From: a virus
Taxonomy: Duplodnaviria > Caudoviricetes
IMG/VR virus record: IMGVR_UViG_3300020112_001004
Span: 48,403-112,402 of that record
Strand: one strand, 5' to 3'
DNA: 64,000 nt
Of the stretch, positions 19,826 to 31,600 are shown in pieces. Both the position numbers and the translations under genes were made by a program. The stretch's first letter is position 1, and every line of letters begins with the position of its first letter. The notes beneath the pieces were generated by a model. The model worked only from the letters and a program-made list of their open reading frames with translations, did not search any database and was not told the origin of the DNA.

Positions 19826-22800
19826 TTACACCTCCTCCCTAGTTGATAATTTACTACATAATTCTTCAAGTTTTGCTATTCTCGCTTCTAAGTCGTCTAT
19901 TTTACTTTGTTGCTCGGTGATGGTTTTTTCTTGAATATCTATTTTTTCTTTTAAATTATTTATCTCTTTTTCTTGGTCTTGAGTAATATTTGTGAGTTCT
20001 TGGATAGCTAATGTTATATGAGGGAACATTCTGTTTGTTACTATTTGCATAATGTATTCATCTATAGGGTTGCCCTCTTCGTCTTTCTGTTGTATACTCC
20101 TAGTAAACTGTTTTGGCATATCTTGTGCTATATATCCAACGTCATTATAATTTTCATCCATATTGAAAGTGTAATGATTTATAGTATTAATCAACTCTAA
20201 GCCAGTTAAACCCTCTCTTAGTTCTTTTAATTCCTCAGATTCTTCATATTCTTCTATACTACCTCTAATAGTTTTAAAATTCTTCTTAATTTCTTGAGTA
20301 TTTTCCAACTCTTTTCCAAACAGTCTGTTTACACCTTTTAAAACAAGTGCCACATCTTGTTTAAATTTTTTATCTGAGACATAAACCCCGTCTATTCCTA
20401 AAGCGTGACCTCCAACTGCGCCTAGTTCTAAATAATATCCATTATTTCCTTGTATTTGTATAGTGTCTACTTGGTAAACGCCGTATGGTGTCGAACCAAC
20501 AACACGTTTATTGTATTGAAAATACATAGGACTATCACAGGATATACTTCCTGTTGAGGACAAACTGCCTTTAACAGTTAAAGCACCTGTTGAAGTTTCG
20601 TTTAGTTCAGTATATCCTGTATTTGATAAATAGGAACAGGTTAATCCACTAGCTGCGTTTACTGTGCCTAGGCAATTAAGATTCCCATTACAAGCCATAT
20701 TCCCAGTGGAACCTAGATAACTTGCTGTTAATTCGGCATTTTTCATGTAAACGTCGCCATTGAATGTGGCAGTGCCCCCAACTGTCATGGTACTATCCAT
20801 AACCATTTTATCTGTTCTAAGGTTGTGAAACCACCCTTGGTTAAATCTAGTATACTCTTTTCCTATTCCCCCGTTGTTGTCGACTACTGGGTAATAAAAA
20901 CCATTATCCCATCTACAGTTTACATTATATCCCACGCTACTAGAGTCTGTATGGAATATACAGTTATTTGATATATGAGTTCCTTCGTAGTTTACCCAAA
21001 AGTATTTGGCACCACCCACAGACTCTGAAATTATATCAAATTCTCCATATCTTTGGTCTCCTCCCAGTGCAACAATCATTTGAGCTGAACCAGCTCCTCC
21101 GGTGGCATAAAGAGAAACATAATCTGTTGAAGTCGGATAAGGTCTAAAGGTTAAAGAACCATTTAAGAAAGTGTTTCCGTCTATTTCAAGTTTTGATGTA
21201 CTTATTTTCACTGATTCTGCACTAGTGTTTATGCTTGAAATCAACTCATCTTTGCCAACCTTTTGGCTTACTGAAAGATTTATATTGTCTGCTGATTGAC
21301 TTATGGCACTGTTTACTTGAGTTATTGTTGGTCTATTAGAAACAGCGTCGTCAGCGTAGCCTTGTGCTTCACGTTTAGTAGCATAGGTGGCACTGAATGA
21401 AGAAGTTAAATTTGAAGCTGAAGCGCTTATGGCACTGTTCATTTCCAATACTGTTGGTTTATCCTCCACTGCTTCTTCGATTGACTCTTGAACTTCTGTT
21501 TTTGTAGCATAATCCTCTTCTAATGAGGTAGTAACATCGGATATAGCTTCATCTGTATAGTCTTTATATTCTTCTTTGGTAGCGTATGTTTTGCCAAAAG
21601 AAACTGTTAATCCCTCAAGAGAGCTATTAATAGCACTTGTTACATAAGCTTCAGTAGCAACCCCTTCTAAAACTTCTTGTTTAGCTTCGTCGGTTAAAGT
21701 TATATAAAAGCTTTCTCCATCAAACCCAACTTTTCCTCCAAAGTTAAAGGTTCCATCCTCCATATTAATCCATGTAGTACCGTTTAGAGAGGATAGCATT
21801 CCACTTCTTATAATGGCTGCGTCAAGATTACCTGTGGTAATATAGTCAGCTACGATTTGACCATCCATAGTTATGGCAGTACCGTACGTGCCATTATACC
21901 CCGTTGAAGAGTAACCAAACCCATTTGCATTCCATCTCCAGACATTCTTTGCCGTATCTTTATCGTCCGTGTCCATGATTAATATTTCGTTAGAATTAAC
22001 AACAACATATCCATTAAATCCTGTTCTAATTAATTCACTGGCATGGTCTTTTGCTGTCTGAAGGACTTGTTCCCAAGTATCGTCCTCTTTTATATCTGTT
22101 ATAGCATCCTGTATGTCATTTACCCTCTCTATCATGTCTTCTAAGTAGTCACCATACATAATCTCTGAGGTTAGAGTTACATTAAGTGTTAATTTATCGT
22201 CATAATCTCTACTGATAGAGGTAACTCTTGTGTCTATAAGTTCATCTGTTTGGCTATCCCATATTTTATAGCTATAATTTAAGTCTATTTCGGTCTCATC
22301 ATCAACCGAAGCCGTCATGGTGGTCTCTATTATGGGTCTTGATTTTTTTGCTAATTCTCTCTTTGTTTTATCTAAAAGTTCTTGAGCGTCCCCAATCGCC
22401 TCATCAGTAAAGTATTCTTCTCTATAAAAAATGGCAGGGTTATCTAAAATATAGTCTAGACTATATCCCAATTTTAAAAAATATGAATAGTCCTCTACAT
22501 AATCTTTTCCATCATTCAAGTCTGAAAAAGTAAGAGCATTCCCCTCTTCATCCTTAATTCCTCTACCATACATTCTTGTTATTATATCTCCACCGTCCAC
22601 TGGCGTATTTGCTATCAAACAGTTATTAACTACAAGTCTTTTACCATAGTTCATGTATATATCTATTGTGTCTTTTCTAAATATACACACAGCTCCCATT
22701 CTTTTGAGCATAGCCAATAGACAGTTCATAACAGTATCTTTTTCCCTTATATAGTAGGTCATTGTTATTCCGTCCATGTCATGACTGCCCACACTCCACC

Positions 22801-23152
22801 CAGTGTTTTCTAGGATATAATTGAATATTTCTATTGGAGATTGTTTTATAAACACTTTTGAATCCATATATATTCTTGATAGATTCATACAGTTTTGCTC
22901 ACATGAAACGTCTACGGTTCTTTTTTCAGTTCCCTCTTCAACCACTTCATTTACTCTATCAACTATAAATATTAAATCTTCAAACTCTACAACTTCTCCT
23001 ATTTTAAAGTTGGCGTTTTCTTCATTGCTTGTTTTTAAAATAGAAAAGTTTAAAGTTGCTGGTTCGTTCAGCTTTCTATTTATCTGAATAGAATAGGGGT
23101 CTGTATTCCATTTTTGCTCCTCAAAAGTTATACTATTGTTCATATAATACAC
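19826..23152 (-). CDS. Tail tip/hub (Tal-like) protein with C-terminal S74 intramolecular chaperone
   Basis: IITRMYGRG, VWRWNANGFGYS..G.NG...TAITMDGQIVAD; SDKKFK..GYIAQD plus terminal coiled coil. Confidence 0.85.
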   Translation of the reverse strand: MYYMNNSITFEEQKWNTDPYSIQINRKLNEPATLNFSILKTSNEENANFKIGEVVEFEDLIFIVDRVNEVVEEGTEKRTVDVSCEQNCMNLSRIYMDSKVFIKQSPIEIFNYILENTGWSVGSHDMDGITMTYYIREKDTVMNCLLAMLKRMGAVCIFRKDTIDIYMNYGKRLVVNNCLIANTPVDGGDIITRMYGRGIKDEEGNALTFSDLNDGKDYVEDYSYFLKLGYSLDYILDNPAIFYREEYFTDEAIGDAQELLDKTKRELAKKSRPIIETTMTASVDDETEIDLNYSYKIWDSQTDELIDTRVTSISRDYDDKLTLNVTLTSEIMYGDYLEDMIERVNDIQDAITDIKEDDTWEQVLQTAKDHASELIRTGFNGYVVVNSNEILIMDTDDKDTAKNVWRWNANGFGYSSTGYNGTYGTAITMDGQIVADYITTGNLDAAIIRSGMLSSLNGTTWINMEDGTFNFGGKVGFDGESFYITLTDEAKQEVLEGVATEAYVTSAINSSLEGLTVSFGKTYATKEEYKDYTDEAISDVTTSLEEDYATKTEVQESIEEAVEDKPTVLEMNSAISASASNLTSSFSATYATKREAQGYADDAVSNRPTITQVNSAISQSADNINLSVSQKVGKDELISSINTSAESVKISTSKLEIDGNTFLNGSLTFRPYPTSTDYVSLYATGGAGSAQMIVALGGDQRYGEFDIISESVGGAKYFWVNYEGTHISNNCIFHTDSSSVGYNVNCRWDNGFYYPVVDNNGGIGKEYTRFNQGWFHNLRTDKMVMDSTMTVGGTATFNGDVYMKNAELTASYLGSTGNMACNGNLNCLGTVNAASGLTCSYLSNTGYTELNETSTGALTVKGSLSSTGSISCDSPMYFQYNKRVVGSTPYGVYQVDTIQIQGNNGYYLELGAVGGHALGIDGVYVSDKKFKQDVALVLKGVNRLFGKELENTQEIKKNFKTIRGSIEEYEESEELKELREGLTGLELINTINHYTFNMDENYNDVGYIAQDMPKQFTRSIQQKDEEGNPIDEYIMQIVTNRMFPHITLAIQELTNITQDQEKEINNLKEKIDIQEKTITEQQSKIDDLEARIAKLEELCSKLSTREEV

Positions 23153-23164
23153 CTCCTTTGTGTT

Positions 23165-23653
23165 TTAAACTTCTATTATTTTGAAATCCTTTATAGTGAA
23201 TTGTGGGTTATAATTGTTTGAGGGGGATTGATAACCCAATCCTATATCTAAAGAGACACTATCAATATTGGAGAAAGTTTTTTCTATTACTTGTTCTTGA
23301 GTGCTAATTATATAAGTTTCGCTCTGAGAGCCAACCACTAGACGTAATGTGTGTTTCCCAGAATTTAAACTACATTTAAATGACACCTTGTAATTTTTAT
23401 TTTTTTCAAGTATTCTGGTTGTAAGATAAGCGTCACTCCAACTATCCCCGTCTCCATATAATTGAATAACAGCCCCCTTGTCTTTATAGGTTATATCGCC
23501 TTCAACACGCCAAAAATAGCTTGTGAAATCTTCTAAACCTTGCGTAACCACAATTTCATTGCATAATAGTGGAATAACTCCACTATACACTTGTGAACAG
23601 GGTTTATTTCCAATATAAACCCCAATAATATTTTTTCCTTTTATGGTTATCAT
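23165..23653 (-). CDS. Putative tail accessory/carbohydrate-binding protein
   Basis: N-terminal IxxVYIGNK motif; beta-sandwich-like C-terminus; lies between Dit and Tal. Confidence 0.6.
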   Translation of the reverse strand: MITIKGKNIIGVYIGNKPCSQVYSGVIPLLCNEIVVTQGLEDFTSYFWRVEGDITYKDKGAVIQLYGDGDSWSDAYLTTRILEKNKNYKVSFKCSLNSGKHTLRLVVGSQSETYIISTQEQVIEKTFSNIDSVSLDIGLGYQSPSNNYNPQFTIKDFKIIEV

Positions 23654-23670
23654 TGTTCTCCTCCATATTA

Positions 23671-25581
23671 TTATTCTTCTGTAACGAAATATATTGTATT
23701 ATTATCTTTATTTGCTATTGCGTCATATTGTGCTTGAGTTCCAGTCCAAAACTTGAAATTATTCAATCTTGTTTCAACTTGAGTTGAAGTCATATAATCC
23801 CCACTATAGACAGATATTATAATTGGAGTAGTTGAATTAGAAGTGTTATCTGTATAAGTTTCTTTTATATATTGCCATAAATATCTATTAGTGCTCGAAG
23901 TTGATTGAGGAGTTGTTTTCCAACTACCACTAGTAGTACTTGGGGTAGAAGTTGAGTTGTTTACTAGGTAAAAATGTTCTACTTTAGATATACCTTTACC
24001 AGTATCGCCCTTGTCCCCCTTGGTACCTTTTAGAGAGGCTAGTTGGCTTTGGGTAAAATCTGAGTAAACAAAAGCGTCACCCTTATCGCCCTTCTCACCT
24101 TTAAGAGAGTTTAGTTGTTCTTGGGTAAAGTCTGTATACTTAAACGCCTCCCCTCTGTCCCCCTTGGCTCCTTTAAGATTATTTAATTGCTCTTGGGTAA
24201 AGTCTGAATAGGTAAAAGCGTCACCTTTGTCCCCCTTGGCTCCTTTAAGATTATTTAATTGCTCTTGGGTGAAATCTGAGTAAACAAAAGCGTCCCCTTT
24301 ATCTCCTTTGTCCCCCTTGGCTCCTTTTAAAGAGGCTAATTGTTGTTGAGTAAAATCTGAATAGGTAAAAGCCTCCCCTCTATCGCCTTTTTCCCCTCTT
24401 AAAGATTCTAACCACTCCTCTTGGCTACCTTTGAAACCTCCCATGACAGCTAATTCATAAGCCGACTTACCATCTATAACCTCGATTGGAGAACCATCTT
24501 CTTTTACAAGGACAGCGTCTTTTCCTTTAGGTATTCCAAGATTTAATTTATATGTGTTGTTTCCAGCGTCCACTAAAGTAGCTGTAGCATTCTCATTCTG
24601 TCCCAATCCAGTAACTGTTCCTATTGTCAGTTTTGGTACGTCGCCCGTATTACCCTTGTCCCCTTTTTCGCCCTTAAGATTATTTAATTGCTCTTGGGTA
24701 AAATCTGAGTAAACAAAAGCGTCGCCCCTATCTCCCTTATCTCCTTTTTCCCCTTTAAGGAAAGATAATTGCTCTTGGGTAAAATCGCTGTATTTAAAAG
24801 CGTCTCCCCTGTCCCCTTTTTCGCCCCTAAGGTTATTTAATTGTTCTTGAGTGAAATCAGAATAAACAAAAGCGTCGCCTTTGTCCCCCTTGTCCCCTTT
24901 ATCCCCTTGAGGGATTGAGAAATCCACGGTATAAGAGCTTGCACCAGTTTGGGTTAGTTTAGTTATGGCTTTTGAGCCGGATTGTAGGGTTTTAGTTTCT
25001 CCCAAAACAAAGGTTGGGGTATCTCCTCTTTCCCCTTTTAGAGAAGCTAACCACTCTTCTTCTGTTCCCTCAAACCCATTGTTATAAGCGACTTTATAAG
25101 CAGAATCTCCGTCGTCACCTTTTCTTCCTTCTACCACTGCTACTTTTTCCTCTAAATATTCTCTAGTAACATAATTAGTATTGGAGTAAACATAGTCATA
25201 TTCTTTAAATGTAATTGTAGCTAAAATAGAATAAAACACACCATTTTGGTACATATCCACTTCTGCATAGTCTGTCATGGAAACTTTGATATCTCCAACA
25301 TTACATATATCGTCAATAAATCTAAATACTTTTGGCTCTGCTGTATCTAACCATAGTCTAATATCTTCTGGGTCTCTTATTTTTTCAAAAAATACTTTTA
25401 TGGAAAACTCGTATGGGTCTCTAATTTTCTTAATAAATTGTTCCCCTCCAATGTTGGGAACTTTATGAGTAATAATAGTATAGGTAGGGGTAAGTTTATA
25501 AATTTCTTCGTTTTCAGAAGTTACCACGCCACCCATTTCAGAAAGCTTTTTTCTATTAAACATAAAATCTGTTATTAACAT
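23671..25581 (-). CDS. Distal tail protein (Dit-like) fused to collagen-like repeats
   Basis: Dit-like N-terminus directly after TMP; 8 copies of KGD(K/R)G(D/E)AFxY(S/T)DFTQxQL; WTGTQAQYDAI..KD..TIYF C-terminus; RBS favours 25581. Confidence 0.78.
   Translation of the reverse strand: MLITDFMFNRKKLSEMGGVVTSENEEIYKLTPTYTIITHKVPNIGGEQFIKKIRDPYEFSIKVFFEKIRDPEDIRLWLDTAEPKVFRFIDDICNVGDIKVSMTDYAEVDMYQNGVFYSILATITFKEYDYVYSNTNYVTREYLEEKVAVVEGRKGDDGDSAYKVAYNNGFEGTEEEWLASLKGERGDTPTFVLGETKTLQSGSKAITKLTQTGASSYTVDFSIPQGDKGDKGDKGDAFVYSDFTQEQLNNLRGEKGDRGDAFKYSDFTQEQLSFLKGEKGDKGDRGDAFVYSDFTQEQLNNLKGEKGDKGNTGDVPKLTIGTVTGLGQNENATATLVDAGNNTYKLNLGIPKGKDAVLVKEDGSPIEVIDGKSAYELAVMGGFKGSQEEWLESLRGEKGDRGEAFTYSDFTQQQLASLKGAKGDKGDKGDAFVYSDFTQEQLNNLKGAKGDKGDAFTYSDFTQEQLNNLKGAKGDRGEAFKYTDFTQEQLNSLKGEKGDKGDAFVYSDFTQSQLASLKGTKGDKGDTGKGISKVEHFYLVNNSTSTPSTTSGSWKTTPQSTSSTNRYLWQYIKETYTDNTSNSTTPIIISVYSGDYMTSTQVETRLNNFKFWTGTQAQYDAIANKDNNTIYFVTEE
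24000..24905 (-). repeat. Intragenic collagen-like tandem repeats
   Basis: Eight ~66-75 bp units in two blocks (3+5). Confidence 0.85.
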
Positions 25582-25630
25582 TTTTTCCTCCAATCGGGCA
25601 AGATATGTAAAGTAGGGGTTTTATCCCCTA

Positions 25631-28600
25631 CTATTTTTTCTTCCCTAACCTTCTTAATTCTCTTGATTGTTTTTGCATTAATTTATCTATTGCTTTATCT
25701 ACATCAATTTCTTTCCTTATGTCTGCGTCCACGTTGTTGTTAATTGTTATTTTTGGTTCACTAGCTACTGGTTTTTGTGGATTTGGTACACTATTGAACC
25801 TACTAGCTATTCCATTTATTACATTGTTTAATAAGGCATCAAAACTAGACATGTACTGACTATTCATGTTCTTATTGTCTAAAGCGGTTACATCAACGCC
25901 TCCATTAAAATCACTTAAAGACATAAATCCTTCTCCTAAAGGTTGTACCTCTGGCACTGAAGAAGGTGTATCTGTATCTACTCCAGTAGAATATTGATTA
26001 GTCATTTGTTGCATTGTTTCTAAATGGTTTTTATAATCTTCTTCTCTTTGTTTGTAAATATCTTTAAGTTTTTTCGTATCTTCCTCTGCAACGGTAAGGT
26101 CTATATTGTTGGTTAGAATAGATTGTTGCTCTATTTCATTAACGGATTCAAGGCTACCACCCTTGATTGTGTTTACAACATTACTTACGACATTCTTTAC
26201 GGTGTTTATAGTATTGTTAACAAAGTTGGTTGTTACGGTAATCGTTTTACTAACAAGTCTACCTATTGCACTTCTTAGGTTTTCAACCATACCAGAAGCG
26301 CCTTGTGCTGCTCCCCCAACATTGTTAAAGTTAGACACAGAAGCTCCACCATTATAGTTAGGTACATTTTGTAAAACACCACCATAATTTTTAACTCTGC
26401 CTCCATTTGAATCGGCTGCTCCTCCAACATTATTAAACTGTCCTACAGAAGCTCCACCATTATAGTTAGGTGTATTTTGTAAAGTACCACCATAATTTTG
26501 AACCTTGCCTCCATTGGTATCGGCTGCATTACCAACATTATTTAACTGACTTTGAGATTGTGAACCATCATAGTTAGGAGTGCTTTGAAGGGTACTTCCA
26601 TAATTTTGAACCTTGCCTCCATTGGTGTCGGCTGCGTTACCAACGTTGTCCATTTGACCTTGAGATTGTGAGCCATCATAATCTGGCACCCCTTCTATTT
26701 TGTTTCCAAATTCGTCAACTTTAGGTGTGGCGTTACCAGCCGAGGTTCCCACATTATCCATTTGACTAGAAGTTTGAGAACCATCATAATCTGGTACCCC
26801 TTCTATTTTCTTACCAGTCTCATCTACTCTTTGTCCAGCTTCTTCTGAACTAGTTGCAACATTGTTAAAACCTTGTTCTGTAGGTGCGCCGTTATAATCC
26901 GGTACGCCTTCTATTTTTTTACCAGCGTCTTCTACTTTTTGTCCACTTTGTTCAGCACTATCTCCAACCCCGTTGAATCCATTCATTATAGATTGAACTA
27001 CGTCTGCTGGTAATCCAAGACTATCCAGTTTAGCTTGAAGTTCGTCTTTAGAAACGCCACATTTAATAAATTCGTCGATAACTTGATTAATTTCATCAGT
27101 CATACCACTAGCAAAGTCTGGATTCGCTTTTAATTCGTTTAATTTATTTTGGAACTCTTCAGTGCTAATTTTACCCTCACCATAGGCTTGGATAAGTTGA
27201 GTCATTTGTGTTTTTGCAGACTCGGACAAGTTACTATTCATTACTAAACTGTTTAATTTATTTTGAAGTTCTTGAGTAGAAGTGTCACAGCTTTTCATAG
27301 AATCATTAATTTGAGCCATTTCTAGGGCTATCTCTGGAGCAAGATTAGGGTTCATTTTAATAGCCATCAAAGCATCGTTTAAAACTTTAGCACTTGCCTC
27401 ACCATTAACAAAAGCTTGTACCATATTTGATATTGACTCAGCAGATAGCGTACCTAATTGACTTATCGCCTCGTTGGATAATCCCATAGAATGTCCCATA
27501 GACTCTCCAAATTGTTGGGCAGTTATCTCACCTTTTGCAAATTGTTGTATTGCTTTTGTCATAGTTTGTTGGACACCCTTGTCCAATGTGGTGAAACTTG
27601 CACTAGTTGTCATTTCCATCATTTTCATACCCATAGCGAACTCTTGTGCTGTTACATTACCTTGGGCGAACTGTTGAACTAGGGAATCTAAAGCTTTTTG
27701 GGAGTCTTTGGATAAGACATTGTAAAATGATTCCATATCATTCTCGACAAGTTTAACACCTTCGGCAAAATCTTTAGCTCCAACGTCTCCTCTTTGGAAA
27801 CCTTCTAAAATAGCAGTCATGGCAGTTTGAGTGCTTTCTTTTAACTTACCCATGTTTTGGGCTGAGAAACTAGACATTGCAGAAACTGCTTCGCCATAGT
27901 CCTTTATGTTAACACTACCATCGGAATATCCTTTGTTTAATTTTTCTAGGCAACCACCGGCTGTTTGCTCTAACGAACCAAAGTCTAGTTTACTTACCTC
28001 GCAAAAGTCTTGGATAGCTCTTTTTCCTTCGTCGATATTTATTGCTCCACGCTCGAAGTCGTCAATCATCTTATTTATTGCTTTACTAGAAGCCTCTGGA
28101 ATTTCGCCTAGTGCTTCAACTTCTTCTCTTAAAGCTTTTGCAGTTTTACCTCTATATATTTCTAGACCTTCATATCCTTTAATAACGTGGTCTGCACTAT
28201 CTCCAACTTCATAGTTAGCTTCGGCTAGTTGCTTTAATAGGTCGTATTCCTTCTGCTCTGAGACTGATAGTTTTTCATTATTATCCAACTTGGCTTGATA
28301 TGCTTGTAGAGATTGCTCTAAGTATGTCTTTTCATCTTCTGCGCTTTTCTTTACTGTTTCTTTTGTTTTTTCAAGTTCTTCTCTTAACTCTTTAGCAGAT
28401 TTAGTTTTTGCGTGGCTACCTTCACCATAAGCAACTTTTTCGTCATCTTCTAGTTGATAAAGTTGGTGTAAGGCACTATCTATATCTTTAATTTCTCCAT
28501 TATATTCAGACAGTTCTTTTGAAGCTTCATTAACATTCTTTTTGTTATCAGCAAAGAATTTATCTGCTTCTTTGGCTGCTAACCTTTTGTTATTTTGTTC

Positions 28601-31600
28601 AGCTTCTTGTTGGGCTTTTATATAATTTTTTAGAGCGTCTGTTAAATGATTGATAGCATTTTCTTCACTGCCATAAGCACTTACAAGCTCTGGCATAGAC
28701 TTAACTATATTAGATTTAGCATCGGCTAATATTTTTGAATTTTCTTCATATTCTTTTGAACTTTTTGAATTCGCAAGTTTTTGCTCTAACTCGTGGATTT
28801 GAGCCAAACTTTCTTTAGCTGTCTTAACGTTATTAGCATTTTCTTTAGCAAGGTTACTATAGTTGTTCATGTTTTCTATAGTGTGTTTGTTGGTTTCCAT
28901 AAGTCTTTCGTCAGCTTTGGATATATAGTTATAAAGCTCATATAAACCAAAACCTACGGCTGCTATTGCTACTAGTAAACCACCAGCCATTAATGAAGAG
29001 GCTATAGTGGAAGCCTTAGTTAAAGTTTGTATCTCACCAGCTAAAGTGCCTAATATACCAACTCCAGAACTACATGCGTTTAAGAATGAGGATATTCCTT
29101 TTTCTGCTATACCAATTGCTGTTGAGGCTACTCCTATTCCTGCCCCAAAAGTTGTAAAGTCTATTAGTAGGTTTTTAGTACCGTCGGACATATTATTTAA
29201 ATTGTTTACAAAATCTGTAGCACCTTGAGCGAATCCTCTAAGTTTTCCCTCTATTAATTCACCAAATGATTCACCTAGGGCACTAACAGCAGATTTTAAA
29301 ATATCCATGTCTCCTTTTAAATTCAATGTGTTATCCTAAAAGCTTTTTATCTTTTAGTTCTAGGAGTTTCCTCCATTATACCACGTCGGTTCGTGGCTAG
29401 TTCAGCATATATCATCTTCCCTGTAGGGAAGCCGAACACTCGTGCAGATATTATATTCCTATTTAAATTAGGGTTCAATCTGTATGCGTTACGATGTTAA
29501 AAGATTTTAATCTTTTAATTATCTCGGTATTAACATATATTTTTTATATAAGTGTTACACTTTATAAAAAATACTTAGCCTTCACCGATATTGCTCGGTT
29601 ATTCGATACACATTACTGTGTAAAGGGACAAATTTTATCCAACATAATATTTTGCATGTTCTGTGCTGCACCATTACAGTTTTCAATAGAACCTGTTAAA
29701 CTACCAAATTCTTCGTCTGTTGCGTTCATAATCGCCAACAGACCTGCCATCAATTTTGTTACCGTAGAGGCTTTTTATCCTCTACCTCTAGGAGTTTCCT
29801 CCATTATACCACGTCAATTCGTGGCTAGTTCAGCATATATCATCACCTAGAATAAGGTGGTCGAGACTCGTGGGTGGATTATTGCTCCTAATTATCGCTC
29901 ACCACCTATGCGTTACAAAAAAGGATTAGTATTCCTCTCTCTCGATGTTAGCATATATAATTATTTAAATAACTCTTTTAAAATTATACTTAGCCTTCTT
30001 CGATTTTCCCGACTTATTCAATATATATTTCTATATAAGGGGGCTGACATGTTAACCCGTTTTACCAGATATTGTTTCTGCATTCTGCATTTTCTGACTA
30101 GCTGTTAGTTGACCAAAACCACTTCTAAGGTCTCCCAATATGTCACCAAGGTCTCTCATTGAGCCATCAGCGTTTTGCGTTTCTATTACTATGTCTGCCA
30201 TGCCTTCTCTGGTTAAGTGTATAGGTTCTGACATTTCTGTGAATAAACGTCTTAAGGCTTGTCCTGCTGTTGTTGATTTTCGATTTTGTTATCGTTAAGC
30301 TTTTTATCTTAACCTCTAGGAGTTTCCCCCATTATGCCATGTTGTTTCATGGCTAGTCCAGCATATATCATCTTCCTTATAGGAAGGAAATCACTCGTGG
30401 AAGTATTTTTGCTCTCTTAACGCTCAACCTCTATGCGTTACGGTGGTAGGTGATGTTCCTACTTACCTCGGTGTTGCCATGTTCTATATTATATAAAATT
30501 TAGGTTTTCACCGATTTTGATTTCTTTTTCTCATTGTATATTACTATACAAGGGGACTATTATGTTAATCCCAGCATTTGCCATTAGTCCTAATGCCACG
30601 GACACATCCTCTATTGAAAAGCCCAGAGAACCTGCGACAGGGGCACACATTTGGAATGCGTACCCTAGTTGTTCTACTGAAGTATTACTATGTGTCGCTG
30701 TTGTTGCTAAAATATCGCAGAATTTTCCCGCATCTGAAGCCGAGTAGCCCATTGCGGTTATTGCGTCCAATAGTTATTAACTCTAGGCTCTTTATCCTAG
30801 ACTCTGGAGGTTTCCCTCATTTTCATCGACTGGTTATCCAGTCCAGTTTAGACTATATCTTCACCCTTAACTTAATAATAGGGTGTCGGAGACTCGTGGA
30901 GGTATTTTTGCTCTCTTAACGCTCAACCTCTAGTCGTTACAGGGATTTATTGATTTTAAACCCCCTAGATGTTTACATATGGTTTTAGTATAGTTTCTAT
31001 ATTATTAATATCCCAATGTGGTATTCTTATTAGTTTTATATTATTATCCAAACAGAATTGAGTTTTTATATTGTCTCTTCTTTTTGTATTTGCTAAATTT
31101 TCCTCGGCTTCTTCTTGTGTTATTTCTCCTATAACCCAAGGTTCATAGTGCTGTCTACCATCAAATTCGACAAGTAGTTTTAAATTATTATCTTTATCAA
31201 ACACTGCAAAATCAAAAGGCAATTCTTTTTTATCTCTGCACTCTTTTATTTTATATTGCTGTTTAAAATTAATATTATTTTCTTGTAAAAAGTTTAAAAT
31301 TTTTAATTCTCCAAAACTTATTTTCTTCGTACACACGTCGCACCTAACTTTGTTCTGAGATTTTACTGAGTCCCATGTGGTACAAAATTCATTACCACAT
31401 TTACATTTAAACCTCATAAAAGTTTTAGCATTTACATATTCTGACGATAAACATGTTATATTTAAGTCTTTGCACTTCTCTCTAATCTCCTCTATGGTGA
31501 AAACACATCTATCTCTGGTTTTTCTTCCCTTACATTTTAAACAATTCCTTTGTCTACCATGTTTAACATCACTCCAAGTACGCTCGAAAATTTCCCCACA

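Noticed and set aside
29494-30919. + strand ORFs 29494..29850, 29857..30108, 30517..30747 and 30578..30919
   Set aside because: They are antisense to TMP exons and introns, with no RBS or recognisable motif.
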